The notes below the pieces were generated by a model. The model was not told the DNA's origin, ran no database searches, and was given only the letters and a program-made list of their open reading frames with translations. A DNA stretch of 64,000 bases from an uncultured Thermoproteaceae archaeon (GTDB lineage: Archaea; Thermoproteota; Thermoprotei; Thermoproteales; Thermocladiaceae). The stretch spans positions 352,001 to 416,000 of the forward strand of contig CAZNTG010000006.1 of NCBI GenBank assembly GCA_964575955.1. Direction: 5' to 3'. Below, piece after piece: positions 21,122 through 31,271 of this stretch (position 1 is its first letter; the number at the start of each line of letters is the position of its first letter). Both the position numbers and the translations under genes were made by a program.

Positions 21122-21535
21122 ATGCTTTCAGAAGCTATATCAGTCATAATTATTCTCACGGTAATTGCAGTTATAGTATCGGGAACGTATATAGTTGCTA
21201 ATCAACTTCTATCTGCTTCAAATGTAATACAGGAATCGTCAATGTTGTATGCATTAGTGTGGTTTATTGATACTCCATCTGGAAATTATCTAGTAGTTAA
21301 AAATGTTGGTTCAATACCCTTCAAAATATCGTCAATATACTGTAAGCATGGTATTATAGTTAATGAAGATAGACTAGTTAATCCTACTAATACAGTAGTG
21401 ATCTATCTAGGACTGAATGTTCCTGAGATTGTACAACTATGCTCTATTGATGGAAAGTTGTGTAAATATGTTATTGTTAGAAGAGGCCAAGTCATTCGTT
21501 TGAAGTTGAATGTTGTGAAATGTATCATATGTTAA
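21122..21535 (+). CDS. Pilin-like protein
   Basis: MLSEAISVIIILTVIAVIV N-terminus; YLVVKNVGSIP..ISSIY as in archaeal pilin beta domains. Confidence 0.6.
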   Translation: MLSEAISVIIILTVIAVIVSGTYIVANQLLSASNVIQESSMLYALVWFIDTPSGNYLVVKNVGSIPFKISSIYCKHGIIVNEDRLVNPTNTVVIYLGLNVPEIVQLCSIDGKLCKYVIVRRGQVIRLKLNVVKCIIC

Positions 21536-21544
21536 GGTGATAAT

Positions 21545-21943
21545 ATGGATTACCTAGTGTGGTGTGTTATATGTGCTATTATAGTGTTGACATTATCCAT
21601 ATTTTTGATATACCTAGTGAGTAACTATGGGTATGGTATGTATAAGATGAGTATCGTATGCTATAAATATGATAAATTTCTCATAATTATTATTAGAAGT
21701 TTTGGAATTTATAGATCGTATACTATTCCTAAAGTAGTGCTAGTTGGAGAGGGAGGTCATGTTAGATGTAGACTTGTTAAAGTAGAATTGAATAATGCTC
21801 TATCTAGCAATTCTACAATTCAAATTCATCCAGGAGATGTTGTGAGAATGTACTATGTAGGTGAGAGTTGCTCTGATGTTTATAGAGTATTTGTAGATAT
21901 TGGAGATATGAAGTATGTTGTAAATTGTATGTCATTAAGTTAA
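21545..21943 (+). CDS. Membrane-anchored pilin-like/hypothetical protein
   Basis: N-terminal TM, IHPGDVV beta motif, co-directional with pilins. Confidence 0.5.
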   Translation: MDYLVWCVICAIIVLTLSIFLIYLVSNYGYGMYKMSIVCYKYDKFLIIIIRSFGIYRSYTIPKVVLVGEGGHVRCRLVKVELNNALSSNSTIQIHPGDVVRMYYVGESCSDVYRVFVDIGDMKYVVNCMSLS

Positions 21944-21980
21944 TATCTAAAAATTCTTAGGATCTTCTCATTAGATAGTT

Positions 21981-23000
21981 GTGAAGAAGTTTTGTATATG
22001 TGTAGATGTTGGAGCTACAAGATTGAGAGTTGGTTTAGGTATGTATAATGGCGAGATTATAGATGTACTAGAGGAGAGTACTCAGAATGTTGTTTTGAAG
22101 TATAGAGATTCTAATGCAATATCTATAGAAATTTGCAATTTAGTAGATAAATTATTAACGAAGCATAACTTATCTATTGAAGATATTGAAGGTATTGGAA
22201 TAGGATCTATAGGACCTCTAGATATTAAGAGAGGTATTATAGTAAAACCTCCAAACTTGCCTATTAGTGACATTGAGTATGACATTAAGAACTACATTGA
22301 AGATAAGTATAGAGTAAGAGTAGTGGTCTTGAATGATTGTGTAACAGCAGTATGGGGAGAGAAATGGTTTGGAGTTGGGAGAGATTATAAGAATATTGTA
22401 TATGTTACATTCAGCACAGGAATTGGTGGTGGAGTAATTGTAAATGATACACTCCTACTAGGTGCTGATGGAAATGCTCATGAAGTTGGACATGTAGTAG
22501 TTGACACTAGTGAAAATGCATTAAGATGTGGTTGTGGAGGACTTGGACATTGGGAAGCGTACTGTTCAGGTGTAGGAATACCTAAGTTTGCTGAAAAATT
22601 AGCAAGAGAAGAATTAGCAAGAGAATATCAAAATAGTCCTATTAAAAAATTCAAATTTGAAAAATATGATGAATTTACAAGAGCATTCTTCAAATATCTA
22701 AATGATGGAGATGAATTTTGTTTAAAGATGTTTGAAAAAATTTGTAAATTTAATGCTATAGGTATATCAACAATAATACACTACTACAATCCTGAGATAA
22801 TAATTCTAGGTGGTAGTATAGCTTTGAACAATCCTGATAAGATACTACAATTCAGGAAATATCTAACTCAATACCTAATGAGGGGAATCAGAATTCCTGA
22901 AATAAGAATTACATCACTTGGAGACTATGCGATACTTAAAGGAGCAATTGCATTAGTGTTCAATACACCACTAACCTATACTCAATTTGTCACAAAGTAA
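21981..23000 (+). CDS. glk: ROK-family ATP-dependent glucokinase/hexokinase
   Basis: VDVGAT, LND, STGIGGG, HEVGH, CGCGGLGHWEAY. Confidence 0.92.
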   Translation: MKKFCICVDVGATRLRVGLGMYNGEIIDVLEESTQNVVLKYRDSNAISIEICNLVDKLLTKHNLSIEDIEGIGIGSIGPLDIKRGIIVKPPNLPISDIEYDIKNYIEDKYRVRVVVLNDCVTAVWGEKWFGVGRDYKNIVYVTFSTGIGGGVIVNDTLLLGADGNAHEVGHVVVDTSENALRCGCGGLGHWEAYCSGVGIPKFAEKLAREELAREYQNSPIKKFKFEKYDEFTRAFFKYLNDGDEFCLKMFEKICKFNAIGISTIIHYYNPEIIILGGSIALNNPDKILQFRKYLTQYLMRGIRIPEIRITSLGDYAILKGAIALVFNTPLTYTQFVTK

Positions 23001-23441
23001 TCTTTCTACAAGTTGTCTCAATGATAAACCTTTCTTAACTACTTCAGGATGAAGCGTTACATATCTACTATCAATATGTCCATCATTATCTTTTACAAGT
23101 TCTTTAACATCTATAAAACGCCACTGAGAACCACTATATTTAACTGCAACATATGCATAACCACCAGCTCTTCTTGAAAAATCTAGCAGTTTTAGTAATC
23201 TATCAACACTTATGCTTATGCTCTCCTCTTTAGATCTATACTTAACTTCCAGTACTAGTATCTTTCCATTCTTCATAGCTACTATATCAGGTGCAAATCT
23301 CTTTCTAACACCACCACCTGAAGATCCAGAACGGACAACAGCAAAGCCTAAACTCCATAGTTTATTTGCAAGCTCTCTTTCAACTTTAACACCTTTAATT
23401 TTAGACTTCACTACATATCTATTAGCTAAGTCTAATATCAA
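22971..23441 (-). CDS. hjc: Holliday junction resolvase Hjc
   Basis: KGVKVERELANKL..GFAVVRSGSSG...PDIVAMKNG.ILVLEVK; start may be a later GTG. Confidence 0.92.
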   Translation of the reverse strand: MILDLANRYVVKSKIKGVKVERELANKLWSLGFAVVRSGSSGGGVRKRFAPDIVAMKNGKILVLEVKYRSKEESISISVDRLLKLLDFSRRAGGYAYVAVKYSGSQWRFIDVKELVKDNDGHIDSRYVTLHPEVVKKGLSLRQLVERLLCDKLSIG

Positions 23442-23487
23442 GATTATTAGTAACGCGGCTTCTATACACCTCTGTGAAAATATATAT

Positions 23488-24207
23488 CTACTCTATATTA
23501 ACCTCAACCTTAACATCTCCCTGTAGATATAGCTGTGTTAGGATATTATATATTTGTGAAGTATTAGTTTTATCTAAAATATCTTGAAGTACTAATATGT
23601 CTTTAATAGAGTTATAGATGTATATAGATGATGATAGTAGTATTAGATCTTTAACTTTCTCATATATTTTGATATCAATTTTCGATAATATGCTACCAAG
23701 TACTATGTGTCTATTTCTCAATATTCTATTTAGACAATCTCTAATATATGTTACATTTCTGTCAATTATGTTGATATTAACTCTCTTTCCATATTTGGGA
23801 GGTTTGTAATTTATTATTATTGAGTCTATAGTAGGCAAGTTTATTAAACTTATAGATTCTATACTTCTAAATATGTCAATTATTGGTATAATCTCGTGAA
23901 TGTATGTTAGTGAGTTTATATATTCTTTAATAGCTCGAGATATGTTAGATTTATCTATGTGTAGTAGTATTTTGAAACTATTAATCTCTGTTAATTTTCT
24001 TACAAGGTCTGTGTTGAGTATATTATTAAGTCTTAGATAAATTCCATCAATATCTAACATCTTCATCATCTTTACTATATTCGATAATTCTTTCTTAGAA
24101 TCTATTTTTAGATATATTTTTACACCTCTTATCTTTCCTATATTCAGTATTGGTAGTTTGTCTATGTCAAGTATTAGGTTTAGTTTTATTGGTTGATAAA
24201 GCATCAC
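23488..24207 (-). CDS. Hypothetical protein (alternating beta/alpha pattern)
   Basis: 239-aa ORF between tbp and hjc; no firm motif. Confidence 0.55.
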   Translation of the reverse strand: MMLYQPIKLNLILDIDKLPILNIGKIRGVKIYLKIDSKKELSNIVKMMKMLDIDGIYLRLNNILNTDLVRKLTEINSFKILLHIDKSNISRAIKEYINSLTYIHEIIPIIDIFRSIESISLINLPTIDSIIINYKPPKYGKRVNINIIDRNVTYIRDCLNRILRNRHIVLGSILSKIDIKIYEKVKDLILLSSSIYIYNSIKDILVLQDILDKTNTSQIYNILTQLYLQGDVKVEVNIE

Positions 24208-24239
24208 TATGTGTCACTGTTACCTATACATCATTATAT

Positions 24240-24854
24240 CTATTCTTCAATTTCTTCAACTTCCTCTAATTCTTCAACTTCTTCAGTCCTCTCTTCACGA
24301 GATTCTTCATAGAGTGCTCCAATCTCCTTGAGTATGTTGTATATCTTGTTTATTGCTTCCTGTACTTGAGATTCTTTTTTCGCTCCTGTACACACTATCT
24401 TACCTGAGCTGAATATTAGTAGTACAACTTTTGGATTATCCATTCTATATATGAGACCAGGAAACTGCTCAGGTTCGTACATTGCGTTTTCGAGGAGTAG
24501 TGCTGCTTTTTCAATATCTACATCTGCTTTTAAATTTCCTGATGCAACAATGTTCTGTATCTGTATTTCTGGTGGTTTAGTAATTTTTACACCATGATCT
24601 CCAAGAATCTTCACTATATGCTTAACAGCCTTCTTCAACTCTTCTTCACTTTTAGCACCAGTACATACCATCTTTCCAGTTCTAAATATAAGAGCAGAGA
24701 CTTTAGGTCTCTGAAGTCTAAGTATGAGACCTGGAAATTGATCTGGATTATATTCAGCTGCTGGAAGTTTCTCAGCAAGTTTCTCTAGATCTAGCTCTAC
24801 ACCAAGGTTGACTGTTGCTACCACATTTTCAATTCTGTAAGTTGGTTTAGCCAT
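24240..24854 (-). CDS. tbp: TATA-box binding protein
   Basis: Two repeats: [22 protein letters not shown] and [22 protein letters not shown]; acidic tail. Confidence 0.98.
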   Translation of the reverse strand: MAKPTYRIENVVATVNLGVELDLEKLAEKLPAAEYNPDQFPGLILRLQRPKVSALIFRTGKMVCTGAKSEEELKKAVKHIVKILGDHGVKITKPPEIQIQNIVASGNLKADVDIEKAALLLENAMYEPEQFPGLIYRMDNPKVVLLIFSSGKIVCTGAKKESQVQEAINKIYNILKEIGALYEESREERTEEVEELEEVEEIEE

Positions 24855-24986
24855 GAGTAGCTCTATGTTAAGACTTTTAAACCTTTAAAAAGCCTTACTC
24901 ATAAAGATTTCCCCAAATATTCGACACTTTCTAACCATAAACTAACTCTTAAATATCTTCAGAAAACTAGAACATTTTGAAGAGGT

Positions 24987-25325
24987 ATGGGAGGTAAGAA
25001 GAAGCCAACATTATCACAGCTTGTTAAGAGAATGGAGAAAGAGAAAGAACAACAGAAGAAGCAGGCAGTAGAGGAGAAGAAACAGACTAAAGTTCTCGTA
25101 GTAGATTCAAAGCTGCTTGAAGAAATTAAGAGAGATGTCATGAAGATGGACTGTGTAACACCATACGTGATAGCTAGTAAGTATGGTCTTAAGATGAGTA
25201 CTGCAATGAACATTCTGAGAAGTCTAAAAGATCAAGGAATACTATACCTAGTATCTAAAGGTCATAGAACAGAAATATACGTACCAGTAAATAGAGCTAA
25301 GGACCTAGGACTTCTAAAAGTTTAA
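24987..25325 (+). CDS. rps25e: 30S ribosomal protein S25e
   Basis: MGGKKKPTLSQL...VTPYVIASKYGLKMSTA..ILRSL...GIL. Confidence 0.93.
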   Translation: MGGKKKPTLSQLVKRMEKEKEQQKKQAVEEKKQTKVLVVDSKLLEEIKRDVMKMDCVTPYVIASKYGLKMSTAMNILRSLKDQGILYLVSKGHRTEIYVPVNRAKDLGLLKV

Positions 25326-26166
25326 CACGTGTTGGACTTATAGCTAGATCTCTCTTAATTAGATTAACAATACCAGGTTCAACAATTTCGATAATTCCCA
25401 CTCTCTTCAAAACTTTCAACACTTTACCAACAATTTCAAATAACTCCTCTTCAGGAATATTTAACTTGTGGGCCAACATCTTAGATATGTCTAATCTAAG
25501 TCTAATCTCTCCAACACTCCAATACTTTGATAGATATGTCATAATCATGTTAAATATATCATCTATATGTGGAATATTTTGAAATTCTGATACTACAACT
25601 TTCCTAATCTTATCAATAGAATCTTCAATAGATCTATCTTCACCTTGTCTTAATCCACTCTCTAACTCTCTACTTCCTGTTCCTGTCTCTTCCCTCAATT
25701 TCTGGTCTGTTGTAGATTTCTCAATATCTCTCTTCTCAACTTGTTCAACTTTCTTCTCAGAAATCTCTACTTTTGCTTCAACCTTCTTCTCTTCAACCTT
25801 ATGCTCAGTTTTGTGTATATCGACTTTCTCTTCCTTCTTTTTCTCCCTCTTTTCAACTCCTAATATTGAGTCTAGGATTGTCTTCTTAACTTGACGTTTA
25901 GTAACTACTTTATGAGTTGTGTATGCTGATTCTACTAGTGTTGGAATTTCTATTAGATATTCTTTACCGTTAATACTAATTTTTGTTATAGTCTTCTTGT
26001 CTATAATCTTTATCTTCTTCTCTTTCTCAAGCTCTCTTATTAATAATCCTAAGAGTATTATTCCTATTGAATTCTCTCTAGCCCATTTGATAAGTCTTGA
26101 GTAATCTACTCTACCATTTCTAACTATAAAAGTGTATAAATTTTCTTTTAATGCTAACAAGCTCAT
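25297..26166 (-). CDS. Hypothetical protein: two putative wHTH-like domains joined by a charged linker
   Basis: K/E-rich central linker; terminal segments ending LEKEKKI and LKRVGIIEIVEPG. Confidence 0.65.
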   Translation of the reverse strand: MSLLALKENLYTFIVRNGRVDYSRLIKWARENSIGIILLGLLIRELEKEKKIKIIDKKTITKISINGKEYLIEIPTLVESAYTTHKVVTKRQVKKTILDSILGVEKREKKKEEKVDIHKTEHKVEEKKVEAKVEISEKKVEQVEKRDIEKSTTDQKLREETGTGSRELESGLRQGEDRSIEDSIDKIRKVVVSEFQNIPHIDDIFNMIMTYLSKYWSVGEIRLRLDISKMLAHKLNIPEEELFEIVGKVLKVLKRVGIIEIVEPGIVNLIKRDLAISPTRVKLLEVLGP

Positions 26167-26231
26167 TATCTCTAACCCTCAGAGTTATCTAGGTAACATA
26201 CCTTAAATATACTTTCCACAATTAAAGCATA

Positions 26232-27038
26232 GTGTCACTCTCAAGCATATATTTAGCAATATCTAGTGAGAGAAGACTTGGCATATTAGCAGCTTTAAGA
26301 CAATCACGATGTTTATCATTTGAAGAGTTATCTAGACAGTTAAATCTAGATATAGCAACACTACTCTATGAGGTAAATTTACTACAACATGGTGGTCTAG
26401 TATCAACATGTGAAGGTTCTGTCTGTCTAACTGATAGAGGTCAATATGTAATTTCTAAAATAATTTCTCTAGATCAAGATCTACTATCTAGAATATCTTC
26501 AAGAAATTCAATTTTAAGAAGATTTTTCAATTTTATAACATTTAAAACACTTGCAGTATATATTGCAGCATCAGGTTCATTAAGCATACTACCACTCATA
26601 CTTCTATCATTTCTAGGACTGTCACTATTCTATAAGTTTAAGATAAATTTAATACTTTTAGTACCTCTAGAATTTCACACGTTCAATATAATGACAGTTA
26701 TATCAAGTCCTATAATACTCTTCATATATTTCACATTACTCTCATGGATTATATCTAGAAAAGTCTTGATAATTCAATCATTAGAGGCAACACTATTTAC
26801 AATATGTATAATATCTCTAAATACATTAGTATACTATATACTCATAGTGATTATTGGTATAAATACTATAACATTAATGTTACTTGAAGCTATGAAGTTG
26901 ATAATAGCAACTATAGCTATAATATCAACTTCAACATTAATATCATACTATATTGGTAGGACATACGAATCTATATTTTTGATAGAATCTTTAACATTAT
27001 TAATACCATGCTTAATACTATACGCATTATCGAGATAG
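26232..27038 (+). CDS. ArsR-type HTH fused to multi-TM domain
   Basis: ISSERRLGIL..LSFEELS..L.YEVNLL..GGLV..LTDRG followed by about five TMs. Confidence 0.7.
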   Translation: MSLSSIYLAISSERRLGILAALRQSRCLSFEELSRQLNLDIATLLYEVNLLQHGGLVSTCEGSVCLTDRGQYVISKIISLDQDLLSRISSRNSILRRFFNFITFKTLAVYIAASGSLSILPLILLSFLGLSLFYKFKINLILLVPLEFHTFNIMTVISSPIILFIYFTLLSWIISRKVLIIQSLEATLFTICIISLNTLVYYILIVIIGINTITLMLLEAMKLIIATIAIISTSTLISYYIGRTYESIFLIESLTLLIPCLILYALSR

Positions 27039-27655
27039 AGAATGTGTATAAACCGAGAGAAGATACATACATAACATTAAGAGGAATAGATGTAGCATTA
27101 AGTCTAGAAGTTCTCAAAAATTTAAAAGACAAACTATTGAAAATATGTGATGTCGGTTCAGGAACAGGAATATTAGGACTCTACATAACTAGTAAACTTA
27201 TACAGAATAATATTAGAAATATAGATATTATTAGTGTCGATATAGATTTTAAAGCCTGTATATGTACTTTAACAAATTTTAAATTAAACAATCTAGATGT
27301 TTATGTAGATGTTATATGTTGTGACCTGTTAGAATGTATTAAAGATACTTGCAAATTGCATATATTGATATCAAACCCTCCATACCTACCTGAAGATGAG
27401 TACTGTGACCACACAATATGTGCAGGACCTGATGGTAGAGGTGTTATTGATAGAATACTAATGGAGTGTTTTAATAGAAAAGTCAGGATGTTAATATTAA
27501 CACAATCATCACTATCAGATATAGGTAAGACTATACGTATATTAAAAAGTTTTAAATCTGATATACTAATTGTAGGACTGATACACATACTATTCGAAGA
27601 TATTATAACTATCTTAGCAATAAACTACATAGAGAAAGACTTAAAAAATCCATAG
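27008..27655 (+). CDS. HemK2/MTQ2-family protein methyltransferase
   Basis: VYKPREDT, DVGSGTG, SNPPYLP, GPDGRGVI. Confidence 0.9.
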   Translation: MLNTIRIIEIENVYKPREDTYITLRGIDVALSLEVLKNLKDKLLKICDVGSGTGILGLYITSKLIQNNIRNIDIISVDIDFKACICTLTNFKLNNLDVYVDVICCDLLECIKDTCKLHILISNPPYLPEDEYCDHTICAGPDGRGVIDRILMECFNRKVRMLILTQSSLSDIGKTIRILKSFKSDILIVGLIHILFEDIITILAINYIEKDLKNP

Positions 27656-27677
27656 TCTAGGCAATTATTAAGAGAAA

Positions 27678-27755
27678 GGGCCCGTAGCTCAGCCAGGTCA
27701 GAGCGCCCGGCTCATAACCGGGTGGTCCCGGGTTCAAATCCCGGCGGGCCCACCA
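27678..27755 (+). tRNA. tRNA with CAT anticodon, most likely tRNA-Ile2 (agmatidine type)
   Basis: GGGCCCG acceptor typical of archaeal tRNA-Ile, CCCGG-CT-CAT-AA-CCGGG, GTTCAAATC, A73-CCA; not initiator-type. Confidence 0.93.
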
Positions 27756-27790
27756 AATTCTAACTCCTTCTTCATTCAATAATTCATGAC

Positions 27791-27846
27791 TAATGATGAG
27801 GCACGAGCGTTTCTGACATTATGATGTAACTGCGCCCATCCTGAAC
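27791..27846 (+). ncRNA. C/D-box sRNA
   Basis: C ATGATGA 27793-27799, guide GGCACGAGCGTTT, D' CTGA 27813-27816, C' ATGATGT, guide AACTGCGCCCATC, D CTGA 27841-27844. Confidence 0.88.
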
Positions 27847-27898
27847 ATGGTGCGTACTATTAGGTGGTTTTATAAATAAGTCTTCACTTCACGTTTTA

Positions 27899-28291
27899 AT
27901 GATGGCAGATACTCACGTTAAGATAGAACCTCTACTTTACAAGTTTATTAGATGTTGTTTAAATAGAGCATATGCAATGTTAGATGATTCACAACTATCT
28001 GCAGAAGAGAGGTATAGTCTTGAAACACTACTACAGAGAGTTAGATCAAGTGAAGATTCTTGGAAAGATATTGAAGATCTCATAAGATTTATCAAGGGAG
28101 AATTCTTAACAATATATGAAGATGGTTTAAAAAGACTTCCAAAAGAGCTTGTTAGAGAGTTATTCATAAAAACTGTAGATTTATGTCTACAACTACCTGA
28201 GGTGTATACTAGAGAAAATATTAAAGAAGCATTCCTAGAAGTTAGGAAGAAGATTGAAGAAATTTACGAAAAATTAAAACAAGAAACTTAG
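27899..28291 (+). CDS. Hypothetical helical protein
   Basis: 130-aa ORF with TTTATAAA box ~25 nt upstream. Confidence 0.7.
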   Translation: MMADTHVKIEPLLYKFIRCCLNRAYAMLDDSQLSAEERYSLETLLQRVRSSEDSWKDIEDLIRFIKGEFLTIYEDGLKRLPKELVRELFIKTVDLCLQLPEVYTRENIKEAFLEVRKKIEEIYEKLKQET

Positions 28292-28343
28292 ATTAAATAT
28301 CTAGGCATACCTAGGTTATAAATTACTTAAGTATAGTCTTATT

Positions 28344-29912
28344 GTGAAGAGTGATAGTCTACTTGAAGAAATTGAGAAGCTCATAGATGAAGGTATAGGT
28401 AAAATACTGATATCAGCATATCCAGGGTTTGGAAAGACTAGATTAATACCAAAAATCGTAGATATTTTAGCTAGAAGAGGTATTAATAAGATTCTGATAT
28501 TTGTAAGATCATTAGCAGAGATAGAAGAAGTTTATAAATTTTTCAAAAATACAAGATTAAAAGCTACATGTCTGGTAGGTAGAGAAAAATTATGCCCATT
28601 CAATGCAAAGAACATAAATGAGTGTACACAATTTAGAGATAGAGGAATCTGTCAATTAAATAGAGTTAGAGGACATGTAAACATACACATTAAAAACATT
28701 TTAAACTATAGAGATATTGTAGAATTATCAAAGACTTTAAATACATGCCCTTACGATCTATCATTTACAATAGCACTACAGTCACAGGTAGTGATTACAA
28801 CAATAACATATCTCTCAAATATGGAATTATATAGAATAGTGAAGCAGATAGTACAAAATTGCGAAAATTATGGTGTCATAATTGATGAAGCACATACGGT
28901 AATTACAGGTATAGAGCAGAATGTTGAAGTTAGTAGAGAATCTTTGAAAATATTTAGAGATCTTTCAGAAAATGAGGAGATAGTCATCATAAAGCCTAGA
29001 TTTAATATCGATAATATAAAACAATCTTCCCATATAGATATTGAAAATATTCTATATACGATATTTACAGATTTACTATACATTAAAAGTTTAAGTGACA
29101 AATTTATAATTAAAACCTTAACAATAAGCTCAGTTCAAGATCTTATAGATAACTCTCAAATATGTATTTTATTGTCAGCATCTATAACGGAAAAGTTTAA
29201 AAATTTAAGCAAGCTTATAGATAACTTCTATAAAATATTTATAGAAGATGTGCCTAGTCATATAGATAATTTGAAAGTCTATATAGTCTGTGATGTTGAA
29301 TTTAATGAGAGATTTAAGTATACTAGAATGTGTATAAATATATTACAGAGAATTTTATCGAGTATTATAAAGTGTTCTCCATTAGTTGGAGGTATCGTAA
29401 TACTGTTTTCAAGTAAGAAATTTCTAAAATATTTCATAGATAATTCAGCAAGTTTTCTAAAATATTTAGATGTTCGATATTTCATACTTATGGATAGTGA
29501 TGTAGATATCGTAGATAGGTATAGAGAGATTTCTCATGAGGATAGGTGTATACTATTTTCATATGTTGGTAGTCCAATTTGTGAAGGTATTAACTTTCTT
29601 GGTGATGAACTTGTAACTTTAGTACTTGTGGGGTTTCCATTTCCTGAATTTTCTAGATGGAATTTCTATAAAATGAACTTTTTGAAGAGGTATTGTGAGA
29701 ATAGTTTTATTGCAACTTTTCTATTTCCTGCAATTTCAATAACAATACAGACTGTAGGTCGTGCTATGAGAGATCTTGATAAGAGAGTTAAGAGAGTTTT
29801 TCTTATTGATAGAAGGTTTTTAAAATATTCTAACTACTTCCCGAAGTGGTTTCCAAAGCCGCATATTATGAGTATAAGTGACATAACTGAAAGTTTCGGT
29901 CTACTATTGTGA
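28344..29912 (+). CDS. xpd: XPD/Rad3-family Fe-S DEAH helicase
   Basis: AYPGFGKT, GREKLCP and CPY Fe-S cysteines, DEAH, EGINF, QTVGRAMR, LIDRRF. Confidence 0.85.
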   Translation: MKSDSLLEEIEKLIDEGIGKILISAYPGFGKTRLIPKIVDILARRGINKILIFVRSLAEIEEVYKFFKNTRLKATCLVGREKLCPFNAKNINECTQFRDRGICQLNRVRGHVNIHIKNILNYRDIVELSKTLNTCPYDLSFTIALQSQVVITTITYLSNMELYRIVKQIVQNCENYGVIIDEAHTVITGIEQNVEVSRESLKIFRDLSENEEIVIIKPRFNIDNIKQSSHIDIENILYTIFTDLLYIKSLSDKFIIKTLTISSVQDLIDNSQICILLSASITEKFKNLSKLIDNFYKIFIEDVPSHIDNLKVYIVCDVEFNERFKYTRMCINILQRILSSIIKCSPLVGGIVILFSSKKFLKYFIDNSASFLKYLDVRYFILMDSDVDIVDRYREISHEDRCILFSYVGSPICEGINFLGDELVTLVLVGFPFPEFSRWNFYKMNFLKRYCENSFIATFLFPAISITIQTVGRAMRDLDKRVKRVFLIDRRFLKYSNYFPKWFPKPHIMSISDITESFGLLL

Positions 29913-29945
29913 TGAGGTTTATATATCTTATAGACCTAGTCTTGG

Positions 29946-31271
29946 ATGATAGAGCTAGCCTTGATGGGCTTAATGCTTGCTGCATTAGCTGTTACTTTAG
30001 GAACATCTGATAATTCTAGCATAGTTATAGGTAGGAGAGGAATATTACCATACTCACTATCATTGAATAGACATATATGTGTGTATGGACCAACACGTAG
30101 TGGTAAAACAGGATTTGTGAGATATCTAGTTAAGAAGTTGTCTAGGAGAGGCATTGTCACAATATTAGATTGGCATGGTGAGTATACAGATCTTGATCTA
30201 CTTTCTATAAGTTATGATATGGTTCAAATAGACATTTCTAAGATACCTCTAAAACTATTAACAGAAATTATTGGACATGGACTTGGATTGAATGAGCCAA
30301 GTATGTACATGTTGTATAAGATTTTGAAGAATAGTAAACCTGAAACTGTTAGAGATGTTGTAAATGCAGTTGAAGAATATTTTGCAACAACTAGGACTGA
30401 GGCTGAGATGAAGGCAGCAATATTGAGAAGATTAGAATATGTTCTCTCATCAATGTCGAGAGGAGTATTAGAGCCGGAGATTTTGGTGAAAGAGTCTTGC
30501 TGTATTGATTTGAGTAATCTTACAGTTATAGAGGAGAAGAAGCTTGCAGCTTCACTCATACTAGCTATGATATACGTATACTATATGCATAGTGGAATTG
30601 TTCGTAAAAATCCTACACATTTCATAGTTATAGAGGAGGCACAAAACTTACTAAAGGAGGATAACACAATTCTACACCACATAATACTAGAACTTGCAAA
30701 ATATGGTGTTAGAGTCATATTAATAACAAACGTACTTCCAGATACGACAATACTTACACACTGTACATTACTTATGTTTAAAATAAGACCAGAATATACA
30801 AAGAATATTGTTATTAGTGAAGATTTATACAAAATTATGAATAGTATGAAGGATAGTGAGATGTTAGTAATAACTCCTAGTGAAATTTCTAAAATAGTTC
30901 CATGTAGAGAGAAGAATTTTGAAAATTATATAAGACCGGTAAAGGTAGTAGAAGAGTATATCGAATCGAAAGAGGATTATGTAAAGCAAAATACTGATAG
31001 TGTAAGCTCAGAAAGAGAGAATGTACAGGTAAGAGATTTTAATCAAGTTAAGAGACGTGACTACATGACTATGTCTAATTCTGATTATAGTGAGACTAAG
31101 ACTGTTAATAATGTGAGAATAGACGTTACTAATTATTTAAAAAAGGTTGAAGATATTGAGAGTAGACTGGCAATAATAAGAGAGAGACTAGATGAAATAG
31201 AAAGAATGTTAGTATATGAAGATGAAGTGTTGAAGAAGATAGTCGAGAAGATATTGGAGGAAAGAGAGTAG
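29946..31271 (+). CDS. Membrane-anchored HerA/VirB4-like (DUF87) ATPase with C-terminal coiled coil
   Basis: N-terminal TM, GPTRSGKT, ILDWHGEY, IVIEEAQN. Confidence 0.82.
   Translation: MIELALMGLMLAALAVTLGTSDNSSIVIGRRGILPYSLSLNRHICVYGPTRSGKTGFVRYLVKKLSRRGIVTILDWHGEYTDLDLLSISYDMVQIDISKIPLKLLTEIIGHGLGLNEPSMYMLYKILKNSKPETVRDVVNAVEEYFATTRTEAEMKAAILRRLEYVLSSMSRGVLEPEILVKESCCIDLSNLTVIEEKKLAASLILAMIYVYYMHSGIVRKNPTHFIVIEEAQNLLKEDNTILHHIILELAKYGVRVILITNVLPDTTILTHCTLLMFKIRPEYTKNIVISEDLYKIMNSMKDSEMLVITPSEISKIVPCREKNFENYIRPVKVVEEYIESKEDYVKQNTDSVSSERENVQVRDFNQVKRRDYMTMSNSDYSETKTVNNVRIDVTNYLKKVEDIESRLAIIRERLDEIERMLVYEDEVLKKIVEKILEERE

Noticed and set aside
23488-24207. Possible RNase P Rpp30 homolog
   Set aside because: Only a vague beta/alpha pattern, with no diagnostic residues seen
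27678-27755. Calling the CAT tRNA a Met tRNA
   Set aside because: The acceptor stem is Ile-type and initiator hallmarks are absent
29909-29975. GTGATGA box C-like motif at the xpd stop
   Set aside because: No properly spaced D' or D boxes
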